A stretch of 64,000 bases of DNA from a virus. The DNA lies in IMG/VR virus record IMGVR_UViG_3300049491_000850, positions 1 through 64,000 of that record; one strand, given 5' to 3'. A program made the translations under genes and the position numbers. Numbering within the stretch: the stretch's first letter is position 1; each line of letters opens with the position of its first letter. The notes beneath the pieces were generated by a model. That model did not search any database and had not been told where the DNA came from. It saw only the letters and a program-made list of their open reading frames with translations. This document shows, in pieces, positions 1 through 9,292 of this stretch.

Positions 1-1364
1 GTTGTATCGCCAGTAGCACCATCATGAGTTATCGCTAACACCGTGTTCGGTATGATAATCGATGGATCACATGGATCAATATTATGGAACGTAGTACTGT
101 CAGCACTTACGGTGATATATTGTGTGAATCCACTGATAGGTTCAGGAGGACATTCGTAACCAATAGTCGGATTTACCACAAAAGTAAAACCACTAGCAAC
201 TTCTGCTTGGCTATTTTCATCAAATATTGTTTTAGGATTCAAGTCCCAATGGTATGAATGTTTCAGACCAAATGAACCACCACCCCAACTTACGTTGTAT
301 GGAACACCCAATTGTTTTTCTCTACTGTTTTTAAATCCTCTGAAATAGAACTCGGTGAAGTCTTCAATCTTCCATACTTGTCTACCATCAATGTGTACAT
401 AAAAATCACCAGTTCTTACAGGAGTACAATCTAAAAGAGTTTTATCGGTGATGTCTTCATAAGGATTGAAAGTGATGTCGATCATAGTCCAACCAGTTTT
501 AGTGATCGCATATGGCGACTCTTCTGACTGTACAATTCCTTTTGAATCAATTCTTGTGTATCCGATCTTACGATCAGAAGACAAGTAGAATGCCATTATA
601 TTGGCATCAATATCGTTATTTAAGTTTTCAATCTCAATCTCTTCTGTGTGGTTTTGATCCTGAATTGCTTTCTTGGTAACAGTTACTATTGTTTTAGAAT
701 CCAAGAAATTGTCTTCACTGGTAGTAACGCCACTCGTTAGTACTTCGGTATTTGTAACCAGATATGCTCCGCGTGAACCATAGGTCACTCCACTCGTTGT
801 TGCAGTGTATTGAACACACTCACCAGAGAACGATGGAATGTACTTGTCTTCTGCACGAGCACCTAATAACAAGAAATAACCATCATTGAACGACTCCGGT
901 GTTAAGTACACCAATGTTTCAATTGTAACTCCTTTGCCATATCTGTATGGTGCAACTTGGAAAGGGTAGTTCTTCAATTTGAAGAATCCTTGTAAATAAC
1001 CACCATCAAGCATGAAGTAATTACCTACCGTCAATCCAGTTGTTGGTGGGGTAACTCCGGTGATGTCATATCCGTCATAGAATGTTCCACCAGTAGGGGT
1101 GTTGTATCCAACACGGTAAAGAGTAAGTTTTGTATTTTGTGGTGATATTGTCATGGCATCAGTCATTTCATTGACTCTGCCGTTGTCAAAACCAGTTAAT
1201 CCGAAATCATATAGGAAAATGTCGCTCGAAAATGCACCAGACCATTTTGTTAAACTTACTGACGTGAATCCACTGTTTAAATCCCATGATTTTAAACTGG
1301 TTAGATCAATATGTATCGCCAAATTGTCGTTGATAATCGTACTAAGACATGATAAATCGCTCAT
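1..1364 (-). CDS. Virion structural protein, runs off the left edge (missing from the ORF track)
   Basis: ATG at 1364 (MSDLSCLSTIINDNLAIHIDL...) reads open to position 1; T/G/aromatic-rich beta-type sequence; late motif at 1378-1386 directly upstream. Confidence 0.75.
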   Translation of the reverse strand, partial: MSDLSCLSTIINDNLAIHIDLTSLKSWDLNSGFTSVSLTKWSGAFSSDIFLYDFGLTGFDNGRVNEMTDAMTISPQNTKLTLYRVGYNTPTGGTFYDGYDITGVTPPTTGLTVGNYFMLDGGYLQGFFKLKNYPFQVAPYRYGKGVTIETLVYLTPESFNDGYFLLLGARAEDKYIPSFSGECVQYTATTSGVTYGSRGAYLVTNTEVLTSGVTTSEDNFLDSKTIVTVTKKAIQDQNHTEEIEIENLNNDIDANIMAFYLSSDRKIGYTRIDSKGIVQSEESPYAITKTGWTMIDITFNPYEDITDKTLLDCTPVRTGDFYVHIDGRQVWKIEDFTEFYFRGFKNSREKQLGVPYNVSWGGGSFGLKHSYHWDLNPKTIFDENSQAEVASGFTFVVNPTIGYECPPEPISGFTQYITVSADSTTFHNIDPCDPSIIIPNTVLAITHDGATGDT

Positions 1365-1377
1365 TTTTAGACTTTTT

Positions 1378-1386
1378 TATAAATAC
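1378..1386 (-). promoter_or_regulatory. Late promoter motif GTATTTATA
   Basis: 13 nt upstream of ATG 1364; one of about 20 gene-oriented copies. Confidence 0.7.
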
Positions 1387-1448
1387 TAATCGGGAAATCG
1401 AAGGATAAGATTTTCTTGAATGATCCAGATTTGTTTGATCTATTTTCC

Positions 1449-1457
1449 GTATTTATA
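1449..1457 (+). promoter_or_regulatory. Late promoter motif GTATTTATA
   Basis: 16 nt upstream of ATG 1474. Confidence 0.7.
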
Positions 1458-1473
1458 AAAAAGTATACTTTCA

Positions 1474-2736
1474 ATGCAATTAGATAAGAATCCAGAAGTA
1501 CAACAAGTGGAAGCAAAAAAGAAACGCAGAACATTGCGTGGTGGTTTAGGCTTACCAATTGGCAGTCTTTTATTTGCAGCACCTCAATTCGCAAGTTATG
1601 AGGGTAATGGTGAAGGCGAAGGATTGGGTGAATCAACCGATGCATCAGGCATTAATGAAATGATTCATGTTGCCAAAGATTTACAAGAAACAATTAAAAA
1701 AAGCGGTAAGAATTATGAAGTGTACGATATTGAGGAAGCAGGTATTCCTTTGTACACGGCACAATTTGAACCAAACATGAACGATAAGCAAGTCGGTGCA
1801 TTCCCTCAAAATGAAGGAAAGAAATATTTGGCACACGTTAGAAATCCTGAAACAAATAAAATTGTTCAGATAGAATACGCCAATCCGGGACTACAAGTTG
1901 AGGAACCAAAAGAAAAGAAACCATTTGCCCCTAAAAAGAAAAAAGGTGGAACTCTACCTAGACATTGGTCGTCTAAATATTGGGCAGCAACTCCGGTAAA
2001 GAATTTGCTTGCTGAAATTATAAAACCGGACGAGATCGATGTAGCAACATTGAAGTTCAATGATGAACTCAATCCACTACTTTGGGAAGAAGACGGTAAG
2101 TTAAAGGAAGATGTGAGAAATCAACTTCTTAAAATTGCTGCCGAGTTTATTAAGTCATGCAAAATTGAAGAGTATAAGTACAATGACATTGTGTTCGTAG
2201 GTAGCATGGCTAACTACACGTATACACCACAGTCTGACATAGACATACATATTGTTGTCGAATTCTCTCAGTTCAAAGCAGACGAAGAAATACTTGGTGA
2301 GTACTTCGATGCAAAGAAAGACCTTTGGTCAAATAACCACGACATCAAGATTAATGGTCACGAAGTTGAATGTTACGTACAGAACTCGGAAGAACCATAT
2401 ACTTCTCTTGGTGTTTACTCATTAATGAAAGATGAATGGGTAAGAGAACCATTGAAGAAGATGGTTTCAGTTGACGAAGGAAACATTCAGGTTAAGGCAG
2501 CAGTCTACATGAATGCAATCGACAAATTGGAAGAACGTTTGAAAAATGGTGAAGACGTTGTTGAAGATTTGAAAAAAGTAAAAGATAAAATCAAGAATAT
2601 GAGAAAGAATGGTCTCTATAAAGAAGGAGAATATTCAACTGAGAACTTAGTATTTAAGGTTTTAAGAAACAGTGGATACCTTCAAAAACTCATTAACTTG
2701 AAAAATAATAACATGGATCAAAACCTATCCTTATAA
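1474..2736 (+). CDS. Pol-beta superfamily nucleotidyltransferase with long N-terminal extension
   Basis: hGS...DxD motif: DIVFVGSMANYTYTPQSDIDIHIVV; third carboxylate region HEVECYVQ. Confidence 0.8.
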   Translation: MQLDKNPEVQQVEAKKKRRTLRGGLGLPIGSLLFAAPQFASYEGNGEGEGLGESTDASGINEMIHVAKDLQETIKKSGKNYEVYDIEEAGIPLYTAQFEPNMNDKQVGAFPQNEGKKYLAHVRNPETNKIVQIEYANPGLQVEEPKEKKPFAPKKKKGGTLPRHWSSKYWAATPVKNLLAEIIKPDEIDVATLKFNDELNPLLWEEDGKLKEDVRNQLLKIAAEFIKSCKIEEYKYNDIVFVGSMANYTYTPQSDIDIHIVVEFSQFKADEEILGEYFDAKKDLWSNNHDIKINGHEVECYVQNSEEPYTSLGVYSLMKDEWVREPLKKMVSVDEGNIQVKAAVYMNAIDKLEERLKNGEDVVEDLKKVKDKIKNMRKNGLYKEGEYSTENLVFKVLRNSGYLQKLINLKNNNMDQNLSL

Positions 2737-3983
2737 TGGCAAAGACATATTACATTACTGAGTCGCAATACAAAACTCTTCTTGAATCTAAACAACTTGA
2801 AAAGAAGAATTTAATTGCAATCTCAGAAGAAATTGATTTAAAGAGAAAAACTCTTACAGAAGCAAAAGCACTTAACGAAGGTGTTATTGATACTGTTAAA
2901 AAATATTTAAGAGCAGGTGCGTTAACTGCTGGTATTCTTGGATCGTTGCTTGCAGCACAGAAAGTTGATGCACAGCAATTACAACAAGCAGGTGTGCCAA
3001 CTGAATTAGTTCAGCAAGCAGTGCAACAAAGTGCAAAACATAATCCCGGTGAAATGAGTAACAAGCAGATAGAGCAGAGACTTGTTCAGATTATGAGACA
3101 AAACAATCTAGGTGGTTCTTTGAAATCATTTAATGCACTTGGACAACAACAGAAAGACAATATCATCAATGGTATCAAGACACAGATCAAATCATTGGAT
3201 GACATTAATAAAATAAGTATCGGTAATTGGACTGATAAGATGCAACAAGGTCAGAACGTAGTTCAATTCGATCAAACATCACGTCAAGAAATTAGAGTTG
3301 TTACTATAGATACAGTTTCATCAGTGCCAATGCAACAACATTTTGCAATGAACTCGATTAAACTTAGTAGTCCTCAAGAAACAAAGGCGACACTTGATTC
3401 ATTGGTATCATACTTCACAGAAATTGATTCAATCACTATCGAATCATCTTCAAGTACATTGAGAAATAAAGGTGAAGCAGAAGGAATGACTTGGCAACAA
3501 CTTTCACAAGCAAGAGGTGAAGCGATTCAACAATTACTTGTTGGTGATAATATAGACCTTGGTGGTGAAGGTGTGAACGTTGTAGGTAAAATTACAACTG
3601 ACATGATCACTATCAATAGTGCAGGTCAAAATGGTGATGGAACCAGTGGGCCTAAAAGTCCATATGAAGTTGGAGAGTTTGCACAAAACTATACTCAAAG
3701 AGGTATCGATCCTAAATTCTGGCAATCTGCTTCACAAGAAGAAGCGTTACCAGAAACACAATTAAGTCAGTATGGTCAATATCAATACGTAGTCGTTAAG
3801 ATTTACGGAAGAGTTGTTGAAACTGATACTCAAGACGTACCATCTTACAGATACATCGTGCTTCAAGTAAGCAAAGCAGGTGGAAAGGTTGAGACCGGAA
3901 GTAAAAAGAAAGTACAGGATGTTAGTAAGTGCCCTGTAAAAGTAAAGAAGCAGGACATTAAAAATGCCCCACTATATAAGTAA
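2736..3983 (+). CDS. Putative head-packaged protein with degenerate OmpA-C-like domain
   Basis: N-terminal YYITESQYKTLLE...LTE...LNE; then hydrophobic GALTAGILGSLLAA; later ITIESSSS...LSQARGEAIQQLL...YQYVVVKI. Confidence 0.55.
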   Translation: MAKTYYITESQYKTLLESKQLEKKNLIAISEEIDLKRKTLTEAKALNEGVIDTVKKYLRAGALTAGILGSLLAAQKVDAQQLQQAGVPTELVQQAVQQSAKHNPGEMSNKQIEQRLVQIMRQNNLGGSLKSFNALGQQQKDNIINGIKTQIKSLDDINKISIGNWTDKMQQGQNVVQFDQTSRQEIRVVTIDTVSSVPMQQHFAMNSIKLSSPQETKATLDSLVSYFTEIDSITIESSSSTLRNKGEAEGMTWQQLSQARGEAIQQLLVGDNIDLGGEGVNVVGKITTDMITINSAGQNGDGTSGPKSPYEVGEFAQNYTQRGIDPKFWQSASQEEALPETQLSQYGQYQYVVVKIYGRVVETDTQDVPSYRYIVLQVSKAGGKVETGSKKKVQDVSKCPVKVKKQDIKNAPLYK

Positions 3984-3989
3984 AAAAAG

Positions 3990-4010
3990 AAACCCCTTTC
4001 GGGGTTTTTT
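3990..4010. terminator. Bidirectional intrinsic terminator
   Basis: AAACCCC-TTTC-GGGGTTT flanked by A and T tracts between convergent genes. Confidence 0.85.
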
Positions 4011-4381
4011 TATTTTTGTTCTGGTGCAAAATATGTATTAACCTGTCGTTTCTTTTTAACTCTGTATACTTCTCCGTTCTTTAAGAAGAAGGTTATCCCC
4101 CTATTATCATCCGAAGTAACTACGGCACTAATCAGATCACTGTTGATTAAACTGTACTTCTCACGCGGATTGTAGTTTTTGATACTATCGAGTACCGGAT
4201 ATTCAATCAAGAATACCTGTACGGCAACAGTTTTTTTGTTTAGTTGTTGTTCTTTTGCGATTCTCACCGCAGATTCTCTATTTATAAGGTAAGCGGATTG
4301 ATATGATTTGACTGTCTTCTGTGCATTGGTTGTGACCGTAGTTAAAACCAGCATAGTGACCAATAATAGTAGCTTTTTCAT
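4010..4381 (-). CDS. Small secreted protein (moron-like)
   Basis: Signal peptide MKKLLLLVTMLVLTTVTTNA|Q with Gln at +1; own promoter and terminator. Confidence 0.75.
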   Translation of the reverse strand: MKKLLLLVTMLVLTTVTTNAQKTVKSYQSAYLINRESAVRIAKEQQLNKKTVAVQVFLIEYPVLDSIKNYNPREKYSLINSDLISAVVTSDDNRGITFFLKNGEVYRVKKKRQVNTYFAPEQK

Positions 4382-4404
4382 AATTTCATGTTTTACTTAT
4401 GGAA

Positions 4405-4432
4405 TTATACGGAGAAACTCGGTAAAAGTTGC
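4405..4432 (-). promoter_or_regulatory. ECF-like promoter GCAAC-N16-CGTATAA
   Basis: Same boxes and 16-nt spacer as 36686-36713. Confidence 0.65.
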
Positions 4433-4481
4433 CCGAAAGTTACTATTTTTTACAGAAAAGTGTATTTTCAACCTCCCAATA

Positions 4482-4490
4482 GTATTTATA
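4482..4490 (+). promoter_or_regulatory. Late promoter motif GTATTTATA
   Basis: Upstream of ATG 4531. Confidence 0.7.
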
Positions 4491-4530
4491 AAAAAAATAC
4501 TTGAATAACATTAATTTAAGAACTCATAAA

Positions 4531-6660
4531 ATGAGCAAAAGCAACTTACAAGAAAATTTTTATAAGAGATTGAAGCATCTAGGAGGCGTTGGGAGCAAAT
4601 CATCAAACAACCCCGCATCATCATTAAGTACTTCTACTCTTGTTGATTACACAAGATCAAGCGAAGGCGTGGCTCTTGGTATAGTTAAAGAAAACCACAA
4701 CTATTTCATCAAGACCTCAAGCAGTAAAGATGAAACTCTTGGTGCAGAACATTTCACTTACATTGGTGGAGTTGAAAACAAATTCAAGTATCAGTACAAT
4801 ACTTTATCAGAAGCAGAGAAGAACAGAAACTTCTACATTAAGACTTTGAATGAATCTGCTCACAAGCAATTCAAGAAAATCTCTATCAATGAAGGAGAAA
4901 ATATCGCTAAGGCTCAACCAAATGCAAACGTGGAGAATCCAGAAAAAGCACAAGGTGAAGCTGACAAAGGAAAAGGTAGTGCTCCATTGAAGGACACCGC
5001 ACCTACAAAAGAACCAGCAAAGGTTCCATCGGCAAAGGAAATTGTTGTTGACAAGACACAAGTTAAACCTAAGACTGTTGATGATACAAAATCAGGTGGT
5101 AAAGTTACAATTACCAACAAACAAGCAACCGCAAAAGTTGTAAAAGAAAATGAAGCAATCAAAGAATACGGCAACGAACATGAAGTTAGTGTTGACGATG
5201 CTTTGAAAAATAAAGTAGCTGAAAACTTCGGTCAGGAAGAATTTCCTCAAGAAGAACCAGCAGCAGCATTAGACGGTGCACCAGTAGCAGATGCTGGTAT
5301 TGGCGCAGGATCAGGTGATGAAAATCCAGAACTTGATGCAGCAGCAGCAGCGTTAGATGATATGGGCGCAGCAAGTGCAGAAGCACCAGCAGCACCAGAT
5401 GCAGGTTTAGGTGATGGCGCACCAGACGCAGGTCTTGGTGACGATTCAGGTCTTGGCGATGATTCAGGTTTACCTGATGATGGCATGGGCGGTGACGCTG
5501 GTGTTAGAGACATCGAAAAACTTACTGGCAAGGTTACACAAAAAATCAGATCAGCAACTCTTACTCCTGAAATGAGCAAAGGTTTGTTAAAATCATTCAT
5601 CACTTCGTTTGACGAAAAACTTGATGAAATGGATCACGAAGATAAGAAAGAATTAGCAGCCGCTATCATGAAAGAGAAATCTGATGATGATATGGGTATC
5701 AGCGATGATGCAGTAAGTGCGGATGCAGGTGCTGGTATCGGTGGTGGTTCTGAAATTGGAGGAACTAGTGATGCAGAAGAAAAAGAAATTGAAGAAACTA
5801 TCAATCAGCATTTAGCTGAAATGGGCATCGGGATGAATGAATCAGATGTTAACATTGAAGGTAGTGCAGAAAGTAGCGATACAAAGCCTTTCAAAGAATA
5901 CGTAAAAAGCAGAGGTTACAATCCTGAAAGAGTTGACGAAATCTCGTTAATGGAAATGGTAAGTTTAGTGAACGGTTATACTAACGAATGTGGAGACGCA
6001 ATCGCTCAGGCTGACGCACACGGTTTATCAGAATTCGTTACACCAGAAGTTAACGCTAAAGTTCAGGAATCAGGTAACTCACTTTTCGAAAATCTTATGA
6101 AGCCATTCGGTGAAAAGATTAAGAAAAATAAGAAAGCATACGCTTCTGAATCAGTAATCCCAACTATCAACGAAAACTTCGGTGAAGAAGAAGGTGGTGA
6201 AGAAGAGGAAGAAGACGATGCAGCAGCAGATACTGCAATTTTCGGAGCAGACAAAGACAACGATGGTGATGCAGATGCAGCTATCTCAGTTAGTTCAACC
6301 GAAGAAGAACCAGCAATCGAAGAACCATCAGTTGAAGCTGAACCAGTGTCAGCAATCTCAATTGCACCAGCAGCAGAAACTCTTGGCGCAGGTGCTCCGG
6401 GTGGATCAGAAGGCGGTTCTAAATCAGTAACTGTCGATCTTAACGCAAACACAATTAGCATGACTATGAATGAGTCAACTAAAGCTAAGTTGGAAAAAAT
6501 TGTTAAGAAGAAAATTGAAGAAGCATTGAACGGTAAGAAATCTCCAATCAACGAAGGTAAGAAATCAGCATTGTCAATTATGATTGACGAGTTGGTTAAC
6601 GAAGCAATCGTAAAGAGAAGAGCAAATATTGAGAAAGCACTTCTTAGACCAAGAACATAA
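4531..6660 (+). CDS. Acidic low-complexity prohead core or internal head protein
   Basis: ATG 4531 preferred over TTG 4501; many (I/L/M/V)-x-E sites (LNE, INE, MNE, IKE); D/E/G/A-rich linkers; lies upstream of terminase. Confidence 0.6.
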   Translation: MSKSNLQENFYKRLKHLGGVGSKSSNNPASSLSTSTLVDYTRSSEGVALGIVKENHNYFIKTSSSKDETLGAEHFTYIGGVENKFKYQYNTLSEAEKNRNFYIKTLNESAHKQFKKISINEGENIAKAQPNANVENPEKAQGEADKGKGSAPLKDTAPTKEPAKVPSAKEIVVDKTQVKPKTVDDTKSGGKVTITNKQATAKVVKENEAIKEYGNEHEVSVDDALKNKVAENFGQEEFPQEEPAAALDGAPVADAGIGAGSGDENPELDAAAAALDDMGAASAEAPAAPDAGLGDGAPDAGLGDDSGLGDDSGLPDDGMGGDAGVRDIEKLTGKVTQKIRSATLTPEMSKGLLKSFITSFDEKLDEMDHEDKKELAAAIMKEKSDDDMGISDDAVSADAGAGIGGGSEIGGTSDAEEKEIEETINQHLAEMGIGMNESDVNIEGSAESSDTKPFKEYVKSRGYNPERVDEISLMEMVSLVNGYTNECGDAIAQADAHGLSEFVTPEVNAKVQESGNSLFENLMKPFGEKIKKNKKAYASESVIPTINENFGEEEGGEEEEEDDAAADTAIFGADKDNDGDADAAISVSSTEEEPAIEEPSVEAEPVSAISIAPAAETLGAGAPGGSEGGSKSVTVDLNANTISMTMNESTKAKLEKIVKKKIEEALNGKKSPINEGKKSALSIMIDELVNEAIVKRRANIEKALLRPRT
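5392..5481 (+). repeat. Imperfect coding tandem repeats (27-bp APDAGLGD and 18-bp GLGDDS units)
   Basis: ggtcttggtgacgattca / ggtcttggcgatgattca / ggtttacctgatgat. Confidence 0.7.
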
Positions 6661-6662
6661 TA

Positions 6663-7166
6663 ATGACAGACACAACCGATTTAAGACTTATATTCGTTTT
6701 AAAAATCGGGATTAACACTAAGGGGGAGGGTCTTTATGAATTTATATTCAGTAAAGACCCTTCTGCCGTTGATGCCGAAGCGTGGGGATGGACAGCAATG
6801 CCAGCAAAAGGTAATGCCAATCCACCAGACGAAAAATCTATTGACTTAATCTTAGCATTGAAAACTGATAAGATCGATCTCATTTGTCTTCATGACTTGA
6901 ATGACAGAACATATCTTGATGGATACTACACCATTCAAGCCCTTGCATATGAAAATTTGGAAGATGATTCTGCCGACATCATGTACGAAGAAGTCGGAAT
7001 GCTAGTATTCCATTATGGAATGAAACTAAAAGAAGTACAAGACAGACTTTACACTCGTGATCTAATTTTCAAAGAATCCAAAGTCGAAAAATCAGAAACT
7101 GTTGCCATTGCTAATGACAATGAAGAGGATGATGATGACGAAGATGACATGGGTTTAATCGTATAA
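6663..7166 (+). CDS. Hypothetical protein with acidic C-terminal tail
   Basis: 167-aa ORF coupled to the upstream gene. Confidence 0.7.
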   Translation: MTDTTDLRLIFVLKIGINTKGEGLYEFIFSKDPSAVDAEAWGWTAMPAKGNANPPDEKSIDLILALKTDKIDLICLHDLNDRTYLDGYYTIQALAYENLEDDSADIMYEEVGMLVFHYGMKLKEVQDRLYTRDLIFKESKVEKSETVAIANDNEEDDDDEDDMGLIV

Positions 7167-7169
7167 AAG

Positions 7170-7190
7170 AACGCTAACAGGCGTTTTTTT
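7170..7190 (+). terminator. Intrinsic terminator
   Basis: AACGC-taacag-GCGTT followed by T tract. Confidence 0.6.
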
Positions 7191-7199
7191 CATTTATAG

Positions 7200-7208
7200 G
7201 TATTTATA
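7200..7208 (+). promoter_or_regulatory. Late promoter motif GTATTTATA
   Basis: 11 nt upstream of the TerL ATG. Confidence 0.75.
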
Positions 7209-7219
7209 ATAAAATATAA

Positions 7220-9238
7220 ATGGCTAAAAAGAAGAAAGTTGACGATGACGATCTTGAATTTGTACCAGATAACAACAAGAGAGCACTTACTCCCGAAGAA
7301 CTTGCAAAGATCGAGTTAAAGAAAAAAGTACGTGAACTCCGTGAGAAAACGATGAATCAAGTTCAGATCGTTGTTACAAAATCAGGAGAAGTTAAGACTG
7401 CCAATAAATTAACGTTACAAGAACAAACAGACGAGTATACTCGCTGTGCAATTGATCCAATATATTTCATTGAAACGTATCTCACCGTGTTCGATCAGAC
7501 CAGAGGTGAATCAGGGGAAATCGTACCATTCAAACTTTTCGATTTCCAAAAGTTACTTGTAAAAGCATATCTCAAAAACAAACAAAACATTGCTAACAAA
7601 TACAGACAGGCTGGTGTATCTACAACTACTTGTGCGTATATCGCTTGGTACTTAATGTTCAATCAGAATAGATACGTTGCCGTTATAGCGGATAAACTTG
7701 AAACTGCTAAGGACGAGTTGTTGTCTGAAATTATTGACTTCATTGAAACATGTCCTTCATACTTACGTCCAGAAATTGCTGGTAAGGATGCAAAGCACCA
7801 TAAGAAATATTCAAACGGTAGTCAGATTAAAGCGTTTGCTGCAACCAAACTTAGAGGGCCGACCCCGACATTAATGTTTTGGGATGAAACTGCGTGGACA
7901 GAAAAAGGTGATGACTTCTGGACATCTGCGAGACCTTCTGTAAACTCTACAGGTGGTCGTGTGATCTTCGTATCCACACCAAATGGTTTAGACTCCGTGT
8001 TCTATGCTACATTCGACAAGGCATCAAAAAAACAAAACGAATTTAATTCTATCGAATTATGGTGGTACAATGATCCCCGTTATAACATAGGATTATCATG
8101 GGTTAAGAATGAAGGAAAAGATTCCGAATTCAGAATCATAGATGAAAACTTCTCATTCGAGAAAAGAAAACAATTCATTCTTGATGGTTTCAAACCTATG
8201 AGTGATTGGTTCATTAAAGCAAAAATGGGTTACAATGGTAACCTACGTAAACTTGCTCAGGAAGTTGAGTGCTCGTTCTTAGGATCGGGTGAAAACTTCT
8301 TCTCAGAGGAATTTATTAAACGTATTGAAGATAATGAGTTGATGAAATTTATTTCCGAAGAATGGGAAGACAAACTCATGTGGATTTGGGAAGACCCTAT
8401 TCCGAACACGGCATACGTTATAGCAACTGACGTTTCTACCGGACACGGTGAAGACTTTTCAGCAGTTAACCTTCTCAAAATTAAAGACGTGATTGAAGAG
8501 ATCAACGTTGTCGATGCGTCAGGGAAAATTGCTAAAAAGAAAGTCAAAAGAAGAAAGACTGAACAGGTTGCTCAATACTACGGTAAAGTAACACCACAAT
8601 ACCTTGCTCAGATTGTTTACGCATACGGTGTGAAATACAACCATGCATATGCCGTGATCGATGTGACTGGTGGTGTTGGACTTGGTACGATGGAGAAACT
8701 ATTAGAATTCGGCTATCCACTCAAAAATGTTCATTACTCAGAAATTCAACACAAGCCTACCCGTGATCGTCTTAATCACTACGTTAAAACTGTTCAGAAA
8801 GAAGTTACACCGGGTGTATTTGTGAAGGTTGATTTAATTCCCGGATTCATGATTGGTAATAACCGTGCAATGGTTCTTCTTGAACTTGAACGTGCCGTTC
8901 GTATGATGGACATTATGATCCGTTCACTCAGAACCACTTCCGAAATGAAGACCTTCCAAAGTATTGGAGGATCACGTTTCGCAGAAGCGAAGAGAACATT
9001 CCACGATGACGACATATTATCACTTGCAATTGGTCAGTATGTGATTGCATTTGATATGACCAAAGGACTAACAAGTGACGAGAAAATAAAGAGCATGCTT
9101 GACGCAATTATGGTCGTAGGGGTGAACGATGCAATCCTTCAACCAGACGAAGCAAAAAGACGTGAACCTACGGACGTTCGCCCCCACGGGCCTAATCCCT
9201 ATGGTCAACATTCTTGGTTATTCAAAAATCTTAAATAA
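7220..9238 (+). CDS. terL: Terminase large subunit (T4 gp17-like)
   Basis: DPIYFIETY; LFDFQ adenine motif; Walker A ANKYRQAGVST; Walker B LMFWDE; STPNG; QEVECSF; nuclease ATDVSTGHGEDFS and HDDDILSLAI. Confidence 0.95.
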   Translation: MAKKKKVDDDDLEFVPDNNKRALTPEELAKIELKKKVRELREKTMNQVQIVVTKSGEVKTANKLTLQEQTDEYTRCAIDPIYFIETYLTVFDQTRGESGEIVPFKLFDFQKLLVKAYLKNKQNIANKYRQAGVSTTTCAYIAWYLMFNQNRYVAVIADKLETAKDELLSEIIDFIETCPSYLRPEIAGKDAKHHKKYSNGSQIKAFAATKLRGPTPTLMFWDETAWTEKGDDFWTSARPSVNSTGGRVIFVSTPNGLDSVFYATFDKASKKQNEFNSIELWWYNDPRYNIGLSWVKNEGKDSEFRIIDENFSFEKRKQFILDGFKPMSDWFIKAKMGYNGNLRKLAQEVECSFLGSGENFFSEEFIKRIEDNELMKFISEEWEDKLMWIWEDPIPNTAYVIATDVSTGHGEDFSAVNLLKIKDVIEEINVVDASGKIAKKKVKRRKTEQVAQYYGKVTPQYLAQIVYAYGVKYNHAYAVIDVTGGVGLGTMEKLLEFGYPLKNVHYSEIQHKPTRDRLNHYVKTVQKEVTPGVFVKVDLIPGFMIGNNRAMVLLELERAVRMMDIMIRSLRTTSEMKTFQSIGGSRFAEAKRTFHDDDILSLAIGQYVIAFDMTKGLTSDEKIKSMLDAIMVVGVNDAILQPDEAKRREPTDVRPHGPNPYGQHSWLFKNLK

Positions 9239-9261
9239 TCTGACTTTTGGATGCAGACCTC

Positions 9262-9270
9262 GTATTTATA
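9262..9270 (+). promoter_or_regulatory. Late promoter motif GTATTTATA
   Basis: Upstream of portal ATG 9293. Confidence 0.75.
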
Positions 9271-9292
9271 ATAAAGTATAATAAACTATAAA

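Noticed and set aside
1153-1645. Track ORFs 1153-1389 (+) and 1367-1645 (-)
   Set aside because: They overlap the real divergent genes (1-1364 minus and 1474 plus) and their promoters
4807-6551. Antisense and alternative-frame ORFs in the track (e.g. 5247-5603, 6063-6551, 39951-40421, 36831-37214)
   Set aside because: Shadow ORFs produced by codon bias of the real overlapping genes; no promoters or protein motifs
7139-7166. CGAAG-N16-CGTATAA as a fifth ECF-like promoter
   Set aside because: Lies inside a coding 3' end and immediately upstream of a terminator hairpin, so it is probably coincidental
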